Source: Patescibacteria group bacterium
Lineage (GTDB): Bacteria > Patescibacteriota > WWE3 > UBA101185 > UBA10185
NCBI GenBank assembly: GCA_018825365.1
Contig: JAHJEV010000003.1
Location: 2,284-66,283, forward strand
DNA: 64,000 nt
Direction of reading: 5' to 3'
Shown: positions 20,190 through 29,374 of the stretch, piece after piece
Numbering within the stretch: position 1 is the stretch's first letter
How the letters are laid out: each line of letters opens with the position of its first letter
The notes under the pieces: model-generated
What the model was told of the DNA's origin: nothing
The model's input: only the letters and a program-made list of their open reading frames with translations
Databases searched by the model: none
Made by a program: the position numbers and the translations under genes

Positions 20190-20753
20190 TTAGACTCTTT
20201 TAGCATTTTGTTTCTTTTCTCTATAGTCGTAAAAGATTTGTTTGAGAGTGGCAAAAGAAGTTAAACCAAAGTCATGCGGATCAAGACCTGTACCAAATAG
20301 TTCGAACAACTCCCACTCTCTGTTAGGGTCTAAGCATATTTTTTTAGAATCAGGATCAACAAATATTGTATTATCCTCCAATACTACTTCAGCAAAGGCA
20401 TGACCTTTAATTGGCTCTTTTGTACCGTTTGGATCCAGATCCAACCATCTTTTCGAGATGGTCTCTAAGTACCTAGTGGAGTAACCCTCAGCTCTCATTA
20501 AGGTACAAAAAACTATAGTGGAGTCTGTGCATCCTGTTACGAAGCCGCTTTTCAATATTTCCTCGGCTGTTCGGGTATGAAATAGTTTAATCCAGTCTTC
20601 GGGGCGTTTCTTGTTTAGGTTTTTGACCATATAGCCAAGTACATATGCAATATACTCAATAGGTTTAGTACCTTTCGGCTTTAACTTTTTGGCTATGTTG
20701 CAAATATATTCAGTTTTTATGGTCAGATGACCATCTTCTAAAAATGTAATCAT
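20190..20753 (-). CDS. Transglutaminase-like cysteine protease superfamily protein
   Basis: GCTDSTIVFCTLMRAEGYSTRY with downstream GHAFAEV and D give a Cys-His-Asp core. Start taken at MITFLEDG; the upstream track extension runs into the GC-rich island. Confidence 0.5.
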   Translation of the reverse strand: MITFLEDGHLTIKTEYICNIAKKLKPKGTKPIEYIAYVLGYMVKNLNKKRPEDWIKLFHTRTAEEILKSGFVTGCTDSTIVFCTLMRAEGYSTRYLETISKRWLDLDPNGTKEPIKGHAFAEVVLEDNTIFVDPDSKKICLDPNREWELFELFGTGLDPHDFGLTSFATLKQIFYDYREKKQNAKRV

Positions 20754-20799
20754 GGCGTAAGTATAAGCTGGGTTTTGAGGTATCACAACAAAACCCGGC

Positions 20800-21085
20800 T
20801 TCTTCGAATCTACGCTGAGGCATCGCGTTCTGCGAGGGCTGCCTGCAGCACTTTGATCTTTCCGTCCACGTGCTCGTACATACCGGATCAAACCCTGCAG
20901 AAGGGGGCAATTTCAGAGCACGTTCCATCGCCTTGGTAGCGTTCGTAGGTACAACCGTTGTTGCAGATCTTGGCCCATTTGCATGAGCGCATACTTGACA
21001 CTTTGTCGGCAGTTCGGTACGTAAGCGGGGCCAATCTTGATACTTTTCCTGTGCGAGAATCTCGGTGAGTGGGTGCGCGTTTAGC
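20800..21085. other. GC-rich island in an AT-rich context (function unknown; contains a candidate 34-aa Cys-rich ORF at 20878..20982, minus strand)
   Basis: About 280 bp that is visibly GC-richer than its flanks. Minus-frame ATG..TGA encodes MRSCKWAKICNNGCTYERYQGDGTCSEIAPFCRV (5 Cys) but has no good SD. The plus frame is also open, which is typical of GC-rich DNA. Confidence 0.2.
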
Positions 21086-21767
21086 TATTTGTTAATAACT
21101 CTACAGCGGATCTTAATATTTCATCGGGGCCCACCCATTTTTTGGACATATATAATTCTCGAAGTTTTTTCTCATCGGTGTATCCGGATTGTTCTGGATT
21201 CGTGAAAAAAGTAAGGCTTTCCTTAAGTAGTTGATAATTGTTATTTCCAAGATCTTTTTCTAATTGAGGATAATAATGAAGAAACATAAAATGATTTAAT
21301 TCATGTTTTGCTGTACTCAACTGAATCTGCACAGGAGATTTATGAAGGAAAAAATATCTTTTCTCGAAATTATATGGGCAGATAATATTAGTAGTGATAA
21401 AAGCGGTAACCTCGTCAAAAGGAAACTTTTTATTATAGAAAGTTTCAAGTTGATATATAACTTGATTTCCAACACTTTTCCACGTATCGTTAATTTTTTT
21501 AATATTCCCTCCCATTTCTGATTCTTTTTCCTTGTAATTAAGTCTTAGATACTCGAGTATCCGTCTGGATTTTTGCTCATTAGTGTCTCCGCTGTGAAAA
21601 ACATCCTGTATTTTTTGAGGAAGTCTATTTACTATGGATTCACTTTTGTTAACCTCGCCGTATGAGTATCCGGTGTCTCCGAAAAATCTAGTATAGTTCC
21701 ACAAATCTTTATCGATGGAATATTCAATGTTTAATTTCATAAGGATAGTATAAAAAAAGCTACCCAC
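21081..21767 (-). CDS. HExxH-motif protein, paralog of 15800..16564
   Basis: AKHELNHFMFLHYY contains HExxH. Its size is similar to the other paralog, and it shares an aromatic/W-rich region upstream of the motif. Confidence 0.45.
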   Translation of the reverse strand: MGSFFYTILMKLNIEYSIDKDLWNYTRFFGDTGYSYGEVNKSESIVNRLPQKIQDVFHSGDTNEQKSRRILEYLRLNYKEKESEMGGNIKKINDTWKSVGNQVIYQLETFYNKKFPFDEVTAFITTNIICPYNFEKRYFFLHKSPVQIQLSTAKHELNHFMFLHYYPQLEKDLGNNNYQLLKESLTFFTNPEQSGYTDEKKLRELYMSKKWVGPDEILRSAVELLTNS

Positions 21768-21802
21768 TTATGCAAAAGCATGTAGGTAGCTAGTTGAGAT
21801 AA

Positions 21803-21916
21803 TCACGACTCATCCTCGCAGTCTTCACAATCTTCGTAGCATTCAACACAATCTACTCCTTCACAATCGATCGGCACACAATCGGGTACGGAGCATTCTG
21901 CGCTTTGTGAAGACAT
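21803..21916 (-). CDS. Small Cys-rich acidic peptide (37 aa) immediately upstream of the HExxH paralog
   Basis: MSSQSAECSVPDCVPIDCEGVDCVECYEDCEDCEDES from an internal ATG of the 90-aa track ORF. It has 8 Cys, and its arrangement mirrors the 16631..16786 / 15800..16564 pair. No strong SD. Confidence 0.3.
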   Translation of the reverse strand: MSSQSAECSVPDCVPIDCEGVDCVECYEDCEDCEDES

Positions 21917-22055
21917 CTTAGCTCGTAAAATTCGAGTGTCAAGTACCCCTTTTTTAGGACTGGTATTGTGAGTGTGTCTGAAGATACTTCTGTTTGAAGA
22001 CTGCAGGAGGCATCTTAAGTCTCGTATGTATTCTTTGGTTATTGTGATAGTTAAT

Positions 22056-22676
22056 CTATTGATGTATTGCCTCAACTAACTCTCCAATTGAATTAAACCT
22101 ATCAAACTCAAGCCCCAGGTCTGTTTTGAAGTTTGAGTAGAAGGATTCCTGGTATCCATTCTCCCAGGGAGATGCTTTCTTGCTCATAGATATTGTTATT
22201 CCAAGATACTTTGCAAAATCTGTGTATCCTTTGCAGTTATATTCCGATCCCTGATCCGTGTGTACCACCTTTGGAAGTTTGTACCCGGTACTTTCAAAGG
22301 CGGAAAGGAGGGCATCAAGCACGAGCTCTTTAGTATGTTTACTAGAGACCGACCATCCCTCAATCTCTCTTGTGAAAAGATCCATAAATGTTGCCAGATA
22401 CATATATCCCTCCTTGTATTTTATATACGTGAAATCCCCCACGTAGGTAATATCAGGAACAATGGGAAAGAGACCTTTTATATGATTCTGATATATTGCG
22501 GGAGGGTTTCTCTCATCTCTTCTTTTCCTTAAGTGTTGTTTTCTTTTGGTAGGCTTAATACCAAATCTTTTCATTACTCTCCTAACTCGTTTCTTACCAA
22601 TACCCAAAGCTAAAGCTACTCTTCTGTGTCCATAGGCAGGATTATCCTCCAGAACAGAAAGTATTTGTTCTCTCAA
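22056..22676 (-). CDS. IS3-family transposase OrfB (integrase core; frame open upstream toward orfA)
   Basis: DDE/rve motifs with IS3 OrfB architecture. It is probably expressed as an OrfAB fusion by a -1 frameshift. Confidence 0.8.
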   Translation of the reverse strand: MREQILSVLEDNPAYGHRRVALALGIGKKRVRRVMKRFGIKPTKRKQHLRKRRDERNPPAIYQNHIKGLFPIVPDITYVGDFTYIKYKEGYMYLATFMDLFTREIEGWSVSSKHTKELVLDALLSAFESTGYKLPKVVHTDQGSEYNCKGYTDFAKYLGITISMSKKASPWENGYQESFYSNFKTDLGLEFDRFNSIGELVEAIHQ

Positions 22677-22809
22677 AACCTCATCCTTGTTTGGAAGTTT
22701 AGCTTGGTAATACAGGCAGGATCTGGAAGTACCAAGTGCCTTTGCTATATATGTCTTTGTGGATTTGGAGATGAATCTAGTTGATCTAGTTTTGGAAAGA
22801 ACAAGTGAT

Positions 22810-23061
22810 CTAACCTCTCCTATTTTTTTTAAACTTGGAAAGCTCCAAGGAAAGCATCCCGATAATTTCCTTTAGTTCCATGTTCTCACGCTTAAGTTTA
22901 GCGTGTTCTATAGTGGAAACAGTTCCGATAGCTTTGTTTCTAAGCCACCCATATATTGTTCTAAAGTGTATCCCGTACTGCTTTGATAACTCAACTACTG
23001 GTATTCCTGATTTAACCTTACTAAGTACCTCATCCTTAATATCTTTAGACACATTAGTCAT
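22810..23061 (-). CDS. IS3-family transposase OrfA
   Basis: The 83-aa HTH protein (GIPVVELSKQYGIHFRTIYGWL) followed by a leucine-zipper-like segment. Confidence 0.8.
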   Translation of the reverse strand: MTNVSKDIKDEVLSKVKSGIPVVELSKQYGIHFRTIYGWLRNKAIGTVSTIEHAKLKRENMELKEIIGMLSLELSKFKKNRRG

Positions 23062-23102
23062 AGAAACCTCCTTAAATTATCCTGAAATTTATTACCTACA
23101 TT

Positions 23103-23642
23103 CTAATGGAGATTCTCAGAATATGTGTCTAGTTTAATGGGTACCTCCCATTGGTGTATAGATACACGGTTTGGTATCAACTCCTTCTTAGCCTTTCTAC
23201 CACAATGTTTGGTTCTGTGTTTCTTACCCTGTTTAAGATCTTGATAAAGCTTTTCTCTTACGCAGTACGGGTTTTTATATATCCAGTTATATATCGTTTC
23301 ATTACAGCAAGGAATTACATCGACAGTTTCAAGATCAATACGAAGTTCAATCCTGCCCCTAATGGCATCAGGAGACCAACCGGATTTAAGTTTTTCAATG
23401 ACGTAGGATTGTGTCTTTGAGTCAGATAGTTTAGGTCTTTTCCCACATCTGCCGCGTTTAGTATCATAGTCGATTTGAGCGATATCAAAGAAGTACCCTT
23501 TTGGTGTAGATCTGTTATTAATTTCCCTGCAGATCGTAGATTTATCTACACCCAGTTTTCCGGCTATTGCCGAAACTGTATACTTTTCATCAAGCAATAC
23601 TTCTATTGCTTTCCGATCTGCAACGGTTATATGTTTGTGCAT
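23103..23642 (-). pseudogene. IS30-family transposase, N-terminal fragment truncated by the IS3 insertion
   Basis: HTH regions (TVSAIAGKLGVDKSTICREI, KLKSGWSPDAIRG, ETIYNWIY) run up to IPNRVSIHQ, which normally precedes the DDE domain. The DDE domain is absent. Confidence 0.7.
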
Positions 23643-23726
23643 ACGAATATTTTAACCGTTGCATTTGGAATTAGAACCTAGGATGGTATTTTATGTTAAA
23701 TAATATTTGATATACTTTAAACTAGC

Positions 23727-24326
23727 ATGATAAAACCAAAGCTTTTAAAGGCTGTTTTGTTTCTGGTAATACTTTCAATAACGCTGTTTATTATCTTTTT
23801 CTTTTTTCATAAATACAAAGAGAGCGGGAAATCAAAAGGATCACAGGGATCACAAAGCGTCTTTGGAACCTTGTTAAAAGGATCGAGTGCTCCAACCAGT
23901 ATATCGACCGAAGGGATAGAAGATATCGTTAACTTTATTAAAGATGCCGGTGCTTCGGGTTCAACCCAGTCAGGATCGGAAGTTCAGCCAAAGGTATGGG
24001 ATTACAAAACATCGTTTATGCAAGGGTTTATTGCCAGTAAAGATGTGGCTAAAGGTACGTTTACACTTTGGATCCCAAGTCCCTCTGACAAGATATTTTC
24101 TGAGACTGACAAAGAGGTAAGAGTTAACTGTACACCGGATATTTCAGTGGTGGTCACTCCAATGAATTTTAATATCATCGAAAGAGATGTAAATATACTT
24201 GAAAAAGCAAAACCAGCGGTTGATGGTATCATGGCCTTTTGTTTGGATGAGAACTGTGACGCTATAGGTAGAAATTGTGCCATAATCCAAGATTTCTATA
24301 ATTTTGCCTATGAACAACAGCGATAA
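23727..24326 (+). CDS. Membrane-anchored hypothetical protein
   Basis: N-terminal transmembrane helix, a G/S-rich linker and a Cys-containing C-terminal domain. Confidence 0.45.
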   Translation: MIKPKLLKAVLFLVILSITLFIIFFFFHKYKESGKSKGSQGSQSVFGTLLKGSSAPTSISTEGIEDIVNFIKDAGASGSTQSGSEVQPKVWDYKTSFMQGFIASKDVAKGTFTLWIPSPSDKIFSETDKEVRVNCTPDISVVVTPMNFNIIERDVNILEKAKPAVDGIMAFCLDENCDAIGRNCAIIQDFYNFAYEQQR

Positions 24327-24413
24327 TTTGGATGGTGCTAAGAGGATAACTTTCAATACCCTAATTTTTCCTGTTACAACTAATCTTCGATTTTGTTTAG
24401 AAAGTTCTTATTT

Positions 24414-24456
24414 CTGATAAAAAAAGACACCCCGTTTCTGTGAAAAACAGGGTGTG
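24414..24456. terminator. Bidirectional rho-independent terminator
   Basis: ACACCCC...GGTGTGT hairpin flanked by an A-run (plus strand) and a T-run (minus strand), between convergent genes. Confidence 0.45.
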
Positions 24457-24468
24457 TTACACAGTATA

Positions 24469-25254
24469 CTATTCAGCTAATTGTTCTAGCAGTTGATACT
24501 GCTCTTCCGTTACCGGGATAACATACATGGTTGCAAACAGACCAGATGGTTTCATTCGATCCGTGATTTGGTCAAAGAAATTATCCCAAACAAAATTGTT
24601 TCCATTGTCTGAGTTGTGAACCGCAAATTGCATTTGTGCACTTTCGGGTGCAACTAATCTTGTTAGCCCAGCACAGTAAGTAAGTTTTTCCCACCACCAG
24701 CCCCACGTAGAGTTATCATATTCGGTTTCATTCCACCAGACCCCACCCGCCGCTATAATCAACGTTCCAACGTAATCCTGTTCAGGATGTATGGGTAGTT
24801 GAATTTCGCTAAGATCGATAAATGTGTCGTTTGCGGTGTCGTACGTAATGACCTGGCTATAAAGATGTGTCGTATCTCCCAGCAGAATTTTTGGTGTCAA
24901 TTCAAAGTTAAGAATGTCCGCTAGTGTCTGATACATATAGCCGAGATCGGTGAGGGTAGAATTTGGCGGCTTCTCAAACTTCAAAAAGATTATGGATTTG
25001 GGATCTGTAGTTACCGATGGAATTATCGTTGTCGTTGTCGTTGGAGTCATTGTTGGAGTTATCGTTGAAACTGGTTTCATCGTGCTAGTTGGTGTAGCCG
25101 TGGAGGTTTGAGTTGGTGTTTTTATTGGTGTGTAAGATGTAACTATCCAAACAGTCCCTGCGAGTAAAAGTACTGCTAATACTGCTACGAAGATCAGAAC
25201 GATACGTAAGGTGTAGTTCTTCTTATTCTTATTCATTTTTCTCTCCTTTTTCAA
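24469..25254 (-). CDS. Membrane-anchored protein with Thr/Pro-rich linker
   Basis: Signal-anchor, a TPT-rich low-complexity stalk, and a Trp-rich C-terminal domain (WWNETEYDNSTWGWWWEK). Confidence 0.5.
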   Translation of the reverse strand: MKKERKMNKNKKNYTLRIVLIFVAVLAVLLLAGTVWIVTSYTPIKTPTQTSTATPTSTMKPVSTITPTMTPTTTTTIIPSVTTDPKSIIFLKFEKPPNSTLTDLGYMYQTLADILNFELTPKILLGDTTHLYSQVITYDTANDTFIDLSEIQLPIHPEQDYVGTLIIAAGGVWWNETEYDNSTWGWWWEKLTYCAGLTRLVAPESAQMQFAVHNSDNGNNFVWDNFFDQITDRMKPSGLFATMYVIPVTEEQYQLLEQLAE

Positions 25255-25367
25255 AGCATTGCTTTTGTTAGATCATGTTTTAAGTTGTAAATGTCCCCGA
25301 ACCGCTATAGGCATTATACCTTTTATATGTTGACTAATCAAAAGATATACGTGCTATAATTTTTTAG

Positions 25368-27665
25368 ATGGTTAAGTTCAGTAAATTTAGATTTTTAGTT
25401 ATAATTCCCCTTTCGTTTTTACTATTTTTTTTGTTTTTTACACTCAAAAATCGTTTATCTGTTGTTTATGCAGCTTCTTGTACAGCGACAGATTGTCCCT
25501 CTGGTTGGTACGTTTGTCAATACGGAACTATGTGCTGTAAAGGTAAAGGTTGCCCGAGTTATGCTTGTGGCTACTATGATTGTTTGGGCTGGGAGTATAA
25601 ATGTGGTGCTTGCAACATATTTGAGTGTTTGCCTGACACTGTAACTTACGACTGTTCTTATAATTCTACCTGTTATTACACTGGTACCTGCTCTTACGCC
25701 TCTACCTGTTCTTATAATTCTACCTGTTATTACACTGGTAGCTGTCCTTACGCTTCTACCTGTTATTACACTGACAGCTGTTGTAGAGGTGGGTATTCGT
25801 GTGGGTGGCATGGGTGGAAATATTCCTGTTCCTATGACTCCTGCAAAAGCACCTATGCTTGCACCAAATCCTTTTCCTGCACAAAATACTATTCCTGCCA
25901 ACAATCCTATTCCTGTACCAAATCCTATTCCTGCACAAAGTACTACACTTGCCAAATCCCCTATACCTGTAAAATTTCCAAGACATGCACTCGTATCGAA
26001 AATGTGTGCAAATGGCGCACTTATGAAGTAGGGAATTGTGAGAAATGTCCATTGCAGTCATATTGTAAAAAGGGTTGGGGTATTGTGAAATGTGATGGAG
26101 CATGTATGATCTGTGTTCCTAGTGTACCTCCCACACCTCCCTGTTCAGCTGTAAACGGTGGTTGGTCAGCATGGAGTGCGTGCAGTGGCTGCAGCCAGAG
26201 TCGGTCATGTACTAATCCGGCACCTTCATGTGGTGGATCCGGTTGTTCGGGAATCGCCACGCAAGCCTGCGGTACTGTAAATGGTGGCTGGTCAGCATGG
26301 AGTGCGTGTCTTTCAACGTGCGGACCGGGTACAATAACTCGTACCTGCTCAAACCCCTACCCTGCTTGTAGCGGAGTGGACTGTTCCCTTCTTGACGGTG
26401 GTAATTATTCTCAAGCCTGTAACGCAGATCCATCTTTACACACATACACACTAAGTATCACTGTAAAGGAGGCACCTACCGATACGTGCCCCGCAACAGG
26501 TACTGTACAGGGTGATACTTTGGTTTCAGTGTATAATGCCGGTAATAATCAAGTTATCTTTTCAGGATATACCCCGGCCAGTGGTGTAATAACTATACCT
26601 GGTATTAACATAGCAATTAAAAACTTTAATATACAAGCCTCAAAAACAGTACCCGGACCAAGTCCTGATGTCTACGACTTAAAATGCCCAAGTACAGGTA
26701 TAGCCTTAGTGTCTGTAAATCCTACTGCCTGTTCAACTCAAAGTGTAGATTTAGGTATCAAGAAACGTCCTAAATTCCCATGGAGTGTTGTTTTAGATGG
26801 GGATGTATATGCTATGTCTGTTTCAACTGCGGTTCCCTCAGGTTTGGCAGCTGGTGGATTTACCAACTATCTCATAAACTACCCATCTTCAATTGGGGGT
26901 ATTGTTCTTGCTAAGGATCTTATACTTACCGATTCATCAAGAGTATACAAGTCCCCGTATGGAGCTTTGTCTCAAAGACTACCATCCACAATTCCCGGTG
27001 GAGATGTGGCACTATCCAGATTTCAATTTACTCCTCCAACTCACAGCGGAGTTAAAACTTTAGCTTTGCCATCTTCCGCAAATCCAATCAGGTTTGACTC
27101 GGACGTAGTTGTATACAAGGCATCAGTAAATGATTTTAATACATGGCTTACGGGAGCAAATCCCACATATCTGGTGCAACACCAAGGTAAACTTGCCATA
27201 CTTTACCTTACGGGAGGAAATGATCTTATCTTTTCTCATGGTTTAAGAGCTATTGGTGGTGCCGGAGGTGGAAGGCTTCTTATCATCACAAACTCAAGGG
27301 TTAAGATATCAAAAGAAGTCGGATCCGCTATTGCATCATATGAGGCCTCTTCCGATCCTAACATTATGGCAGCTATTATATCCTCAGGGGATATCATATT
27401 TGAGTCCCAAGGCACAAGTCCAGGAACCGATATCCCTATTATGGTTGCAGGCCCTCTTGTTTCCAAGTCAACCGTAAAACTTCAAAGAGACCTTGGGGAT
27501 ACCAACAATGGTTTGTATCCTGCTCAATCAGTAAAATATTATCCTAAGTTTCTTTATGATATATCCTCAACCGAATACACACAAAAAGATATGCCAAACT
27601 ATACGGGATTCAGGTCCTTTGATGTTCAGTTTGTATATGATGATTGGAATACTTATCCTTACTAA
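25368..27665 (+). CDS. Secreted Cys-rich protein with two thrombospondin type-1 (TSP1) repeats; candidate pilus-associated adhesin
   Basis: Signal peptide, then a Cys/Tyr/Ser/Thr low-complexity repeat region. Two tandem repeats read [10 protein letters not shown]...C...TCG.G...R.C.NP.P.C (the WSxWSxC TSP1 signature) at about 26150..26400. A long C-terminal domain follows, and the gene ends 15 bp before the PilX-like gene. Confidence 0.8.
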   Translation: MVKFSKFRFLVIIPLSFLLFFLFFTLKNRLSVVYAASCTATDCPSGWYVCQYGTMCCKGKGCPSYACGYYDCLGWEYKCGACNIFECLPDTVTYDCSYNSTCYYTGTCSYASTCSYNSTCYYTGSCPYASTCYYTDSCCRGGYSCGWHGWKYSCSYDSCKSTYACTKSFSCTKYYSCQQSYSCTKSYSCTKYYTCQIPYTCKISKTCTRIENVCKWRTYEVGNCEKCPLQSYCKKGWGIVKCDGACMICVPSVPPTPPCSAVNGGWSAWSACSGCSQSRSCTNPAPSCGGSGCSGIATQACGTVNGGWSAWSACLSTCGPGTITRTCSNPYPACSGVDCSLLDGGNYSQACNADPSLHTYTLSITVKEAPTDTCPATGTVQGDTLVSVYNAGNNQVIFSGYTPASGVITIPGINIAIKNFNIQASKTVPGPSPDVYDLKCPSTGIALVSVNPTACSTQSVDLGIKKRPKFPWSVVLDGDVYAMSVSTAVPSGLAAGGFTNYLINYPSSIGGIVLAKDLILTDSSRVYKSPYGALSQRLPSTIPGGDVALSRFQFTPPTHSGVKTLALPSSANPIRFDSDVVVYKASVNDFNTWLTGANPTYLVQHQGKLAILYLTGGNDLIFSHGLRAIGGAGGGRLLIITNSRVKISKEVGSAIASYEASSDPNIMAAIISSGDIIFESQGTSPGTDIPIMVAGPLVSKSTVKLQRDLGDTNNGLYPAQSVKYYPKFLYDISSTEYTQKDMPNYTGFRSFDVQFVYDDWNTYPY
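25653..25760 (+). repeat. Perfect-to-near-perfect 54-bp tandem duplication inside the TSP1 gene
   Basis: tgttcttataattctacctgttattacactggta(c/g)ctg(c/t)(t/c)cttacgc(c/t)tctacc occurs twice in a row. It encodes the [19 protein letters not shown] units. Confidence 0.8.
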
Positions 27666-27679
27666 GAAACTAAAAGCCT

Positions 27680-28570
27680 ATGAATACTAAAATGAAAAAC
27701 ATAAAAGAAAATGAAAAAGGCCAAGCACTCTTGTTTGTGGTTGTTGCAGTAACTATTGCACTTTCTGTTGGGGTATCAGTATCAACAAGGACCCTGTCTT
27801 CTCAAAAAAGAGTAGCCAGCTCAGATACCGCAATCAGAGTTGCTAATGCTGCTGAGGGGGGAGCTGAGATGATGCTTGGTCAAAGCTATTCCTTCCTGGC
27901 AAGTTTTACTCCCGGTCCTCCCAACTGTGCATCTGTTGGCTTAACCCTGGAGGGTGCAAGTTGTGTACTAACCTATCTTCCTACATCCAAAGATAATATC
28001 ACCACAAAGGCTAGTGTTAATGCAGTAGGTTTTAGTATGAACACCTCTGACCACTACTGGTTTGATTTAAGTCCCGGTATGGTTAAGGATGTGAGATTAG
28101 TAGGATACAGTGACTCAGGATGGTCAGGTTCTAACCATGGTATTTATGTTTGCTGGGAAAATCCAAAAGCAGCAATTTACACTCTTTCTTACAATTCCTC
28201 CGGGAACATAAAAAAGGAATGGTTCGTGAGTAACCATTTCACTAACACATCCAACACATCCGGGTTTTCTATAACCAGTCAAAACAACGGACATGCTAAG
28301 TATACTGCTTGTGCTTCGATTCATCTTGTTTCCTCCCCATATGGTTTGAGAATCAAAACACTTTATGATTCTACAAGGATCCATGTTTATCCTGGCACAA
28401 ACGGCAGCTTTCCAACCCAAGGCTACAAGATAATATCAAAAGGTGAGCTTGTTTCCGGAGGAGGAGGTGATGTTAAAGAAACAAGGGTTGTTGCTGTCTA
28501 TAAATCATTCCCCTACGCTGCTTCCATAATAGATTCCGGTCTTTACTCTGCAGGTGGGGGTATAAATTAA
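27680..28570 (+). CDS. PilX-like minor pilin/pilus assembly protein
   Basis: N-terminus EKGQALLFVVVAVTIALSVG...AIRVANAAEGGAE matches the PilX_N pattern. Confidence 0.55.
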   Translation: MNTKMKNIKENEKGQALLFVVVAVTIALSVGVSVSTRTLSSQKRVASSDTAIRVANAAEGGAEMMLGQSYSFLASFTPGPPNCASVGLTLEGASCVLTYLPTSKDNITTKASVNAVGFSMNTSDHYWFDLSPGMVKDVRLVGYSDSGWSGSNHGIYVCWENPKAAIYTLSYNSSGNIKKEWFVSNHFTNTSNTSGFSITSQNNGHAKYTACASIHLVSSPYGLRIKTLYDSTRIHVYPGTNGSFPTQGYKIISKGELVSGGGGDVKETRVVAVYKSFPYAASIIDSGLYSAGGGIN

Positions 28571-28729
28571 GCTGGAGTGGAAGTAAGCCTTTTGGTAACT
28601 CCATTTTTCTTGACATCAACTTCTCCAAACATCATACTTACAATAAGCAATATTAAGATTTATTGTTGTCCAAATTATGTCTTGTAAGCTTGTAATGAAA
28701 TTATATTTCTTGGAGGGGGTGAGCTGCGA

Positions 28730-29311
28730 GTGAAAAAATCTAAAAAATTCTTAGGACCAAAAACTTCGGGTTTCACGCTTATTGAACTTATGATCGTCAT
28801 TGTAATCATAGGTATTCTATCCGGAGTCTTAATCGCAATCATTAACCCAGTTGCTGCTCAAAATAAAGCAAGGGATGCGAACACCAAAGCTACTATTAAC
28901 AAACTGGCATTGGGAGCATCTTCATTTATAAGTGCAGAAGGCAGGATTCCGGATGAGGTTCAGTTCCTATCAGAGTTTCAAAGTATAGCAGCAAATGGGG
29001 CAACATGCTCTACTGCCAGTGCTGCTGATTGCCAATTTAGTATAACGGGAAGTCCACTTCCGGTGGGAGGTACCGCCGGGTGTAGTAATGCTGCTAGCTG
29101 GGGAGGTGCAGGAGCCAATCAATGTTATTATTCCTACTGTGGTGGGGATGGTGCTGATGCAACCATAGCGTGTAGTTGGACAACCACCACAACCACCTAT
29201 AGGATTATTGCTAAAGCCTTTGGTACTGCAAATGTTATTATGTACAGAAGCGCGGATTCAAAAACGTACTCTTGTACTGCGGCTGGTACAAGCTGTATAG
29301 CACTGTATTAA
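28730..29311 (+). CDS. Prepilin-type (N-methylation domain) pilin, Cys-rich C-terminus
   Basis: GFTLIELMIVIVIIGILSGVLIA. Confidence 0.8.
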   Translation: MKKSKKFLGPKTSGFTLIELMIVIVIIGILSGVLIAIINPVAAQNKARDANTKATINKLALGASSFISAEGRIPDEVQFLSEFQSIAANGATCSTASAADCQFSITGSPLPVGGTAGCSNAASWGGAGANQCYYSYCGGDGADATIACSWTTTTTTYRIIAKAFGTANVIMYRSADSKTYSCTAAGTSCIALY

Positions 29312-29374
29312 TTAACTCGATCTGACCTTTTTTTATAGTGCAGTCCTCAAAAAAGGACTGCACTTGGAGTGTAG

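Larger units (their letters stand above)
22040..23100 (-). mobile_element. IS3-family insertion sequence (orfA + orfB with frameshift window)
   Basis: OrfA is an HTH/leucine-zipper protein (22810..23061). OrfB has a DDE rve core (22056..22676, HTDQGSEY...SPWENG). Between them lies an A-run slippery site (TTTAAAAAAAATAGG on the minus strand). The ends were not resolved. Confidence 0.75.

Noticed and set aside
20710-20928. 72-aa ORF in the GC-rich island (MERALKLPPSAGFDP...).
   Set aside because: It runs into the transglutaminase-like gene out of frame. It is one of three open frames in GC-rich DNA, with nothing favouring it.
20983-21956. An 11-bp inverted repeat (TACTTGACACT / AGTGTCAAGTA) flanking the 228-aa HExxH gene, considered as MITE or IS terminal inverted repeats.
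   Set aside because: The match does not extend beyond 11-12 bp. Matches of that length within 1 kb are expected by chance many times in 64 kb.
25455-26451. Several 60-166-aa ORFs on the minus strand inside the TSP1 gene (25455..25955, 25756..26103, 26021..26260, 26212..26451).
   Set aside because: They are antisense to a well-supported 765-aa gene. These are repeat-induced open frames, not genes. The same applies to antisense ORFs inside gyrA, gyrB, pilB, PBP and thrS.
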